From Nageia nagi (lineage: Eukaryota > Plantae > Pinophyta): a DNA stretch of 64,000 nt. Numbering within the stretch: the first letter of the stretch is position 1; the number at the start of each line of letters is the position of its first letter. The translations under genes and the position numbers were made by a program. The stretch lies in contig JBITNC010000001.1 in the NCBI GenBank assembly GCA_050084985.1, forward strand, positions 45,632,001 to 45,696,000. Reading direction: 5' to 3'. Under the pieces are notes generated by a model, which saw nothing but the letters and a program-made list of their open reading frames with translations, did not search any database and had not been told where the DNA came from. Below, piece by piece: positions 55,576 through 64,000 of this stretch.

Positions 55576-55635
55576 AGGCCAAGATGAGGAGCTTTTGACC
55601 CTTGTTGCAGAGGAAGAAGTCTCCAAGTGGGAGAT

Positions 55636-56260
55636 TGTTAGAAAAATGGAGACTAAGACAGAACCAGCCAGACAGAACAGGCCAGCCGACCAACCGGCTA
55701 AGATGCTAGTAAATCTGAAGGATAGTTTTGTTTATAAAGCCAACCGATCTGCAGGGCAGTTTCTTTCTCACTTCAAACCAATTTTCAGTTGCCAAGGAGC
55801 CATGACACCTGTTCAGCAGTTGTAGAAGGGTTGGGGGTTACCTAACGACCTTCCTGATCCAACTTGGGTTTAAGTTGGGTTAGTTTGTACCTATAAATAA
55901 GAGGCTTGAGTTGAGGCATGTATGTAGTTGGAATATGTGTGTATGACTGTAATTTGACAGCATTTGTGAGGTTGATTGTAATTATTGAGAGAGAGATTGT
56001 AGTGAGGCTTTGTTGTAACTCCAAAGTGAAGGTTGTAGCAAGGTTATGCTACTGGTGTATTGCTTGGAGGACTTGAATGCAAAAGAGTTGAAAGCTTCTC
56101 CGTGGATGTAGCCTACACTGGGTGAACCACGTTATCTCTTGTGTCTCTCTTGTGTGATTGATGTTTATTTTCAGTAGTATGCTTAATGTTGTTTCTTCTT
56201 TGCCAAAGACAATCTAAATTGTGAATACTCTTGGTTATATGAACTCTTTAAATCCTAACA
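55636..56260 (+). repeat. Copia I 3' LTR (625 bp)
   Basis: TGTTAG...CTAACA; about 99% identical to the 5' LTR. Confidence 0.98.
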
Positions 56261-57147
56261 CATGCTAGGTAACTATGAGATACACTAGAATACCTATAAG
56301 TGACTTGTATAGGATTGCATTAACTAGAGGAGTAGAATCCTCCTTCATCAGTTTATAACCAACAACCTTGAGGGTACCAAATGGTTTACAATCTTTCATT
56401 GAGAATCTAACAAGAATATCATTAACATTTTTTGTTTCATTGATGAATATGATGTTATATGATTGTTGAACATGCATGTCTAAAAAGTATTGCATCTCAC
56501 CCAAATTACTCTCAAACTCATTAACAATGGCAATCTTAAATTGTTGGAGCATGGGCGAAGATAAGTCCATAAATATAATATCATCAACACAGAGATAAAT
56601 GATAATATAATTAGAGTCAATTACCTTTATGCATAATGTATATTTTGCAGAGCACCTCTAACATCCATTTTGATTGAAGTAGGTATCAATATAGGGTTAC
56701 CAAATGCAAAGGGCTTGCTTCAGCTCATAAAGGCCTTTCTTAAGCATGTATTCTTTGTCCTCATGGTTGATGATAGTTAATCCTTATGTTTGATTCATGT
56801 ATAATTCTTCTTCCAAGTATCCATTAAATAAGGTATACTTCACATCCATTTGATATAATTTAGACCAAAATGAAAAGTTAAAGCAAGAAGAGAATAGACT
56901 ATATCAATGTGGGAAATAGGGGTAAACATCTCTTTGTATTCTAGGCTTTCTTTCTCGATATATCCCTTAGCAACGAACTAGGTTTTGTATGTTGCAATGC
57001 AACCATTAGCATTGTGCTTAACTTGTAGATCCATTTGAATCCACTAACATTATTATTCTTTGGAGGAGGGATAAGATATCATACATCATTCTTTTGGATC
57101 TACTCTATCTCATCTTGGATTATTACTTTCGAATATTTATTGGATAC

Positions 57148-58336
57148 TATAGACACCAAAAAATGTACTTCTTTGAATAAATATGTTTTTATGGCATTGA
57201 AATGTTATAATGAATTACATTTTAATCTTAATTTCTAAAGTGCAAAAAATCAAATAATTTAAAAGATTAAATTAGAATTAATAGGTAACTTTAATTTAAA
57301 AGGCTCAAAAACTAGGTATCTAAAATAATCACTTAAGTTATCAAGGGTGGTATAAAAGTTAATGATAAACTAGTAAATCCTCCTAATTCATTTTTGCACT
57401 CTTGATTTAATTTTTTTCTCATGCTCTCATGTGATCTATGCTCCTAATATTTGGCTCTAAGATTGTAATAAGGTTTGAAGGATTTTCTCAAGGGTTAAGT
57501 GCTTTTGGGAGGATTTTCCATCAACTCAAGCTAAATATCTTCATGCCATAACACTTGTGGTAATATTCTTCTCACAAACTTATTTAATTTTACAAATACA
57601 TTTGTATGTTTAAGGTTCTTGCAAGTCTTGGAGATCTCTCCACCATTGGAGAAGCTTGGATATACCCATAGTTTGTATCCACCATAAAATTGTATGAATT
57701 TAGTACTATGTTTAGGCTAATCTCATTATAAATTGTATTTTCATCATTAAATTTACCATTTAAATCCATAATATCATTAATATCTATTATTCATAGTCAT
57801 ACAATCTTGTGGGTATCCTTGAATCCCTTGGATTCAAGGATCTTTAAAGATCTTTTTCCTTGAACTATTTGAAGGTTTTTGAAGGTGTAAATTGCTAGAT
57901 CTTACATTTTGTTGTCAATGCATGTAAAGATTGATTGCATTATTTAAATCCACCCTTTCATTTATGTTAGGCATACAAACTACATAATAAGCATTCCAAT
58001 TTCATTTGTTCTCACTAATTTGAGGGCTTGGGGGATCATATGCTTCTTTGGAGTGAGAAAAATCACACAAAGCTCACCTAGGTACCTTAAAGGACCTAGG
58101 TTAGGAGTCTTCCCTACCCATTTAGATGCATGTAGGGTTTATTTATGTTCTTACAAAATTTTAGTTTATTATTTCAAGATTTGATCATATTTCTACCTAG
58201 GGTTTTGGTGAGTGCAGATCTAGTAAAGCATTGTTATGTATGTATGTGTTTATGTGTGATTTTGATGAGTTTAAGCTTGTTAAGGCACACTTGAGCATGA
58301 ATTTCTACCTACATTAATTGGTGAACTGGACATGAA
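57148..58336 (+). mobile_element. LTR (57148-58313) plus tRNA-Trp PBS of a Tat/Ogre-like element J inserted in copia E
   Basis: The host RT frame ends at 57147. LTR starts t(a)tagacacc and ends cctaca. tggtgaactggacatgaa (58319-58336) is a 15/18 match to the complement of the plant tRNA-Trp 3' end. Confidence 0.7.
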
Positions 58337-58659
58337 CCTATTACAACCTACAAATTTGGTGTTCTCTACACCTTTCTCCTTTAATTTGCAAGTTTTACTC
58401 ATTTTGGGGGTTTTCTTGATTCTCACTCACCTAAGTGGAAAAACAAGTAATGTCCATACTATTTAAGTTCAATTTTAAGTGAAATTTTAATACAAAAATC
58501 TGAGAGAGGGGTGAATTGGATATAATATTTTAGAGCTCAAATTTGTAATTTTTTCCCAAGCATAGCCTCTATTGCATCTCGTGCTAGGTGTATTTCACAT
58601 AAACATAGCAATAGGAAAGTTACAAGCTTGTTCAAGGGCCCAAAATGCACTTCAAACTA

Positions 58660-58955
58660 GTTGTACTATGCCTAGCCCCTAGGTACATTGCACCAAGACC
58701 CCAAGCACAACCCCCATTACACCTAGCTCCTAGGTGCACTATGCCCCAAAATAGGCCCATATTTTACCTAGAGACACTCAAACCAAGTGCAATCCCCATT
58801 ACACCTAGCCCTTAGGCTTACTACACCCTAGAATAAAGGTTATTTTCACTCAAATTTAACTCATATGAGGTATAATCCTAACTACACCTAAGAACAAATA
58901 GCACCTTTTTTAAAATTTGATTAGATGAGGCATAATTTCAATTATGCTAGGACCA
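58660..58955. repeat. Degenerate short repeats (ccccattacacctagc…tagg) in the leader of element J
   Basis: Related units at ~58662, 58707, 58789, 58871 and 58931. Confidence 0.5.
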
Positions 58956-59039
58956 AAAAGTAAGTTTTTTAAATTTTTAGTCTCAAATTGGTAATAGGTA
59001 GTGGTTTTTTAGCTTTTCATAGCCAAATGTAGTGTTGTA

Positions 59040-62000
59040 ACATTGTAGGAGATGTGTTTACACCCATGATAAGGTGTGCATCCATTGTTTGTTTTCATAT
59101 GGATTCAATTCCAAAGTAATCACTAGGTCTATCATGCAAGATTGTTATTCTATCAAGTGTGTCAAATCATTTACATTTAAATATCTCACACTAAAATGAC
59201 CTATAATCTAATTGTATAATTTCTTGAATTTTTTCAACATATTTTAAGTTTCCCTATATCAAGTTTGTATCTCTAAAACTTGCATGACTTTCTTGATCAA
59301 AATAAGCCATCACTCCATAGTCAAATGTTATTCTTCTCTCATCATTCTTTTTTTAAAGTGTTGACCATATGCCTACATTACAAGGAAAGATAGTTCTTAA
59401 ACATATTTACATGAAAAATGTTATTAGTGCTTGAACATATTCACACAAAAATTTAAGTTTTATAAAATATTAATAAAAATGGTGCATCCTATAGCAATAT
59501 TTAATGTATTTTCATAATCTTCATCTATTTTTCCTCCTGTACGTGTTATTTCATTTCAATTTCATTCTTAATCCATGACCTTGGACATTCTTATGGCTAA
59601 TTTTTCTCTCTTAGATTTTCAGGTAGACTAGATGTACCCCTTTGAATGTGTCTACGAAATAAGGCACATTCCTATTCAATTTCCCTTCTTTTATTTAGTA
59701 CAACTCAATCCACTTTTTGCAACATGCATAATTCATCATGATAAATCAATTTATAGATTCATGAAGGTGACAATATGTAAATTCACAATACCATAATACA
59801 AACTTGTTAGCTAGTAATTAAGCATATATACAATTTGTAAATCCAAAGTGCATGTACATATCTAAAACATAGTAAATACCTTTAATAGAATATAGTGTTC
59901 CACCTATTTTTAAGACCTCTCCTTTTAATTTTTCACTATCTTTGTTTGCATTCCATATCTTTGGGGTAGAAGGATCTATTTGGTATAGATACTCACTTGC
60001 ATAAAAACATTATTCCTATACAATGTTAGCACTTTTAAAAATTCTCCATAAAAAATATGTTTCTAGCAGCCATAACACTTGCCATGTCAATATCATCTAC
60101 TAAGTGGATCAAAGGTGTACTTACATATCCATAAAAGCATGTGGCAATTCTTTTCTAATTTGCAAACAATTTCAACAATCTCTCTACACCATTGATCTAT
60201 TGCAACCACATGTATCTCCTTTGAAGATAACCACATGTTCATGAAAATATAATATCATCAAAATATTGCACATCAAAATGCAAAAAATATTAGAAAATAA
60301 GATCAAAATCATGTTATATTATTTTATAAAGCCATACTATAACATGACATACCTTATAAATAATGAAAATTAACTAATTGCATGTCTAAGATCAATAGCT
60401 AGACTCCCACATCCATGAATTTCAATTGGAAAAATATGTTGTAGAAAGTATGAGTATAAATATAACAAGTATTTTTATTTCAATGGAAAATATGAAAAAC
60501 ATATTATGATATCAGTACCTTCATGAAGTTGTAGTAATCATGAGTCTTGAATCCTATTATTTTACCATTAGCACTGAATGCACTTCTTAGAGATGATCCA
60601 TAATTTATTGGTGTTATGATGTTTTGAATAAGTTCATGTAACTTTTCCACTTTATCTTTTTTCATAAAGTATTTTGTTATTTCATGAAAATATGAAAAAC
60701 ATATTAGATTATCTACTTCTATGAAGTTTTAGTATCAAATGAGTCTGAATCCTATTATTTTACTATTAGCACTGAATGCACTTCTTAGAGATGATCCATA
60801 ATTTGTTGGTGTTATGATGTTTTGAATAAGTTCATGTAACTTTTCCACTTTATCTTTTTTCATAATACATGTTGTTATAGGTACTTATTTTCTTTCATCT
60901 TGATAGTTAGTTATCCATAAAGATCTCATTTTCTTAATATCTTTTAAATCTTTTCTCATAATATTAGAATCTACTTCTTTGCTTGTCATATACTGATACA
61001 AAAAAGTTACAACATTATTTACAATGTGCATAGGATCCATTAAATATGTCACTAGCAAACTCCTTCCAATATTTTAGTGTGTAAAATATTGATAATTTGT
61101 TCATTCTTGAAAACATGCAACCAATTCATAATAAACATTGTATATTTTTTAAATAATAAATATATTACAAATATATTGTATTGTATAATATTTCAACTGC
61201 TAGTAAATCATTCTTTTCAAGAATAATCTCATCATCTAACCCTAAAGTAGTACCCTCATCATAGGATCTTTTTCTAACATTTTCCACACATTCATGGTAC
61301 TTTATCAACCAACTCATAGAAGTTTCATAAATAGGAATAGGGGTTTTATCTATTAGACCATAGGCTTTTTTTTTCAAAAGTATGATCCATTGGCAAATAT
61401 TTCCTATTGCCAATATATTACATCTTATTCATCTTACTTGATAGCTTGATGGAAATTTTGTTAACCTTTTGTATGAAGACCTATGATAATTTTATTTATA
61501 GAACGCATATAATTCATATGATTATAAAAAATTAAAAATACAGATGTATATATATATGCATACCTACCCAAATAGAAAGCCCTAGATAATAATGTATATT
61601 CTAACATATTATTCCATAACATTTGAATGACCTCTAATTGATAGGTCTACTTATATCACACATTTGAACTTCTTTCCATAAGAGTTACAACTTGTTAATT
61701 ATTGGTTTAAGGTAGACATCCATATGTGTAACCTATTTTGGTCTAGGGACTATAATATCCAACATAAAATGCTCTTTTCTTATAGATATACATGGAGGTA
61801 TGTTATAACTTATTATAATAATCAACCAACATGAATGAGTGGATGTTTGGTTCAAAAATGGATTGACACCATCCATTACTATACCTAATCTAACACTCCT
61901 GGGTTCATCCTTAAATTTCTCGAGCCACTTCTCCTTTATATGTTACATTGATTTATTATCTGTAGGTATACACAACATACCTTCTTCAATTATATTTTTT

Positions 62001-62851
62001 CATGCTAATCCATTAACTTTGCAAGTGACTTATAGCAAAATATTGATATCAACTTGGGAAGGATTGGTATTACATGAACAACCTTATTGGAGTTTTTTTT
62101 CCTATTTCATTGTATCTTTTTTTTTACACTTTGCACATTTATTCTTTGTATCATATTCTTCTTCTATATACAATATGAAATCATTAATACATGCATGGTA
62201 TGAATTATACTCAACCCTTACATTCTTCATAATTTCACATTCTTCTTTGCATGAATCTGGATTACATTATCACTTGGAAATAACTTTTTTTTTAGTAACC
62301 TATAATACCAATTAAAAATAAGTTATGTAGTTAATTTTATTAAAAATAAAATATTAGAAATTGAAATATCATAAAATAAAATAAAATTCAAACCTTATAA
62401 GAGAAGTGAAACTTGTATCTGACCATCCATATTTAGCTTTTATGTTCATTACAAGTAGGATCATCGATAATACAGTTATGATTGTTCCTTCATATAATTT
62501 GGTTTTGGAATACTATACATGTTATCCCTTTCTAAATCATCATCTCTTTTGTCACCATCTCTTTCTTCATCATCAACATGAACATAGAGGGACTCAAGTA
62601 AACCATCAATTCCATTTTCTTTATCATCATTATTATCAACATCATCACCATGACCAAAATTATTCTCTATTAGTTCATCATCAGTACTTAAATCCCACAT
62701 AGGTATTTGAATAGGAGTTTTTGGATTTGGTTTAGACATAAAATTTGCATATTGCTCAAGGATCCATGCTTTTCATAAAATCTTTTTATCACTCCTATTA
62801 CATTATTTTGATGCAATGTTGGTGTAACAATTATCATTCTTGACTAGTCAT
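59040..62851 (-). pseudogene. CACTA/EnSpm transposase (TnpD-like: Transposase_21, DUF4218, DUF4216), intron-containing, decayed
   Basis: LYEGTIITVLSMILLVMNIKAKYGWSDTSFTSL; YHACINDFILY…KCAKC; KFKDEPRSVRLGIVMDGVNPF…CWLIIIISYNIPP; MDVYLKP; MDPMHIVNNV; IVEIVCKLEK…IHLVDDI; IQEIIQLDYRSF*CEIFKCK*FD. GT-AG introns at 62300-62393 and 61481-61563. Confidence 0.92.
60467..60864. repeat. ~200-bp tandem duplication within the CACTA transposase
   Basis: 60467-60666 repeated at 60667-60864. Confidence 0.9.
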
Positions 62852-63081
62852 AATGACTATTTATTTCATATAAAATTAGTTGTTACAAACCATTAATTTA
62901 GAATATAAAAAAAATTAGTGAAACAAGTGTAAAGTTAATTTGATACATCCATTGATACATAAGTTCCAAACATATAATTTGAATATACATGCATACATAT
63001 AACAAATTGATACATCCAAACATAGAGTACGTTATTTATACATACAAATTGAAACATCCATTCATACACATCAATAATATA

Positions 63082-63908
63082 TTAATTTTTGTTTTTATTT
63101 TTGGGTTTTGGTTTAGGATGAATTATTACATTTTTATCATCTCCTAACTCCAAAGTTCATGCCTTACATGTTGAAGTAGGTCTCCTATAACTATAGTGAT
63201 CTAGTAGCTCATCACCAACATTAAGAATTTTAATGGAAACAACAACTATATAATTATTTCATTTGTCTACCCATGAAATCTTCTTTATCATTAGTACATT
63301 GGTGAAATTCACAATTTGGTGCCCATTCTTCACCTACATAATTATTTATGTATCCAACTATGTTTCCTTATATTTTTGGTCAACCATAAATGTATAAGTG
63401 TTTTGACTTCTATGGAGGTGGAATGTTGGAATCATTTTCATATAATCCATATGTGGACATATTGTACATATATCATGCTAATTCTCTCCAAACTACTACT
63501 ATGTAAACTAGCCCATAAAATGGTATCAATGGATCTATCTCAGAATGTGGAGTAACAACCACAGTACTATGTATAAACAAACCATATCCAAAACACATTT
63601 TAGATCATTTGATCATATATCAATGACCATAATAAAAAATATCTCATAAGCCTTTGGAAAAGGTATTTTAGTTGGCCATGCACCGTATTCCCCATGATTA
63701 TATGTATATTGATATTTAAATTGTAGATTTGGTGGTATGCATATCAAAACCAAATTATAAACATCCTCCTTTGGTAGATCAAATGGCTAGTCATGTGCAT
63801 CCTATACTAATTGATCATGAAGCTACTTCTAAAATATTATTCTTAAGGCATCTCTCTAACTTCATCTATCAATGGACCTACACATTATTTTGGCTTCATC
63901 TTCTAGAT
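63082..63908 (-). pseudogene. SET-domain protein (lysine methyltransferase-like), decayed, adjacent to the CACTA transposase
   Basis: Manual minus-strand translation: YMIK*SKMCFGYGLF (GxG, 63575-63589)…LIPFYGLVY…LYIYG*PKI*GNIVGYINNYVGEEWAPNCEF (63305-63367)…YIVVVSIKILNVGDELLDHYSY (63193-63216), then a basic tail HPKPKPKNKNKN*. Two frameshifts; stops are consistent with C>T/G>A decay. Confidence 0.85.
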
Positions 63909-64000
63909 CTACATTTAATTTTATTTAGTTTTATTTGATATCATTCAATATATAAGAATACAAAAATAAAATCAAATATTTTATTAATTAATTATCTCAT

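Larger units (their letters stand above)
50994..56260 (+). mobile_element. Copia I: young, nearly intact Ty1/copia LTR retrotransposon (Tnt1/Tork-like)
   Basis: Perfect TSD CATGC (50989-50993 and 56261-56265). LTRs 50994-51628 and 55636-56260 differ by 7 transitions and one 10-bp indel. PBS tggtatcagagcc 51631-51643; PPT aagtgggagat 55625-55635. Confidence 0.99.
38671..57147 (-). mobile_element. Copia E: old minus-strand Ty1/copia (3' LTR, RNase H, RT) fragmented by gypsy F, copia I and the LTR at 57148
   Basis: PPT AAGGGGTAGAA near 39100 with an LTR-like block 38671-39098. RNase H FHSRRKYIDIQHH…NQLVDIFTKSL (39140-39385) and YGYAFF…PISW (39480-39523). Continues as LEVYVDVDWAKILDGRK and HDIIFAVNLI…HSPHESH (50793-50993), then RT LYKSLIGILVYL to FKWIYKLKHN (56261-57147). 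Confidence 0.85.

Noticed and set aside
51200-56024. Duplicated 60-aa minus ORFs (51200, 55842) and antisense ORFs over copia I
   Set aside because: Incidental frames in the LTR copies or shadows of the gag-pol ORF
59028-59034. TGTAGTG, a CACTA right-end-like motif next to the transposase C-terminus
   Set aside because: Wrong orientation to close the element on its right, and no partner CACTA end with a 3-bp TSD found
61839-62702. Plus-strand 158-aa and His-rich 98-aa ORFs
   Set aside because: Antisense shadows of the minus-strand CACTA transposase; the His-rich frame mirrors an Asp-rich segment

Overview
AT-rich, CpG-depleted intergenic heterochromatin from a large-genome land plant (the element families look gymnosperm-like, by inference). 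No intact host gene is recognisable and the window is almost entirely nested transposable elements. Left half: the 5' end of a minus-strand gypsy (LTR 1436-1821), a minus-strand L1 ORF1 remnant and a CACTA TnpA-like fragment with telomere-like repeats. These are followed by a plus-strand L1 (5560-22640) split by copia A (7566-20476), which itself carries copia B (8924-13673), a 21-bp-minisatellite insertion (13707-14881) and a solo LTR (15511-17193). Right half: a 14-kb minus-strand non-chromovirus gypsy D with extra ORF regions (24532-38670), whose 5' LTR is cut by minus-strand copia E. Copia E carries a gag-protease-only gypsy F (39524-50792), a young near-intact copia I (50994-56260) and a tRNA-Trp-primed LTR at 57148. 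Gypsy F in turn holds a tRNA-Trp-primed deletion derivative and a 1.4-kb TRIM-like element. The window ends in a decayed, intron-containing CACTA/EnSpm transposase (59040-62851, minus). Only about 230 bp upstream on the same strand lies a decayed SET-domain (lysine methyltransferase-like) ORF (63082-63908) that the ORF track misses. This CACTA-SET pairing is the most interesting observation. All translations, alignments and mismatch counts were done by eye.
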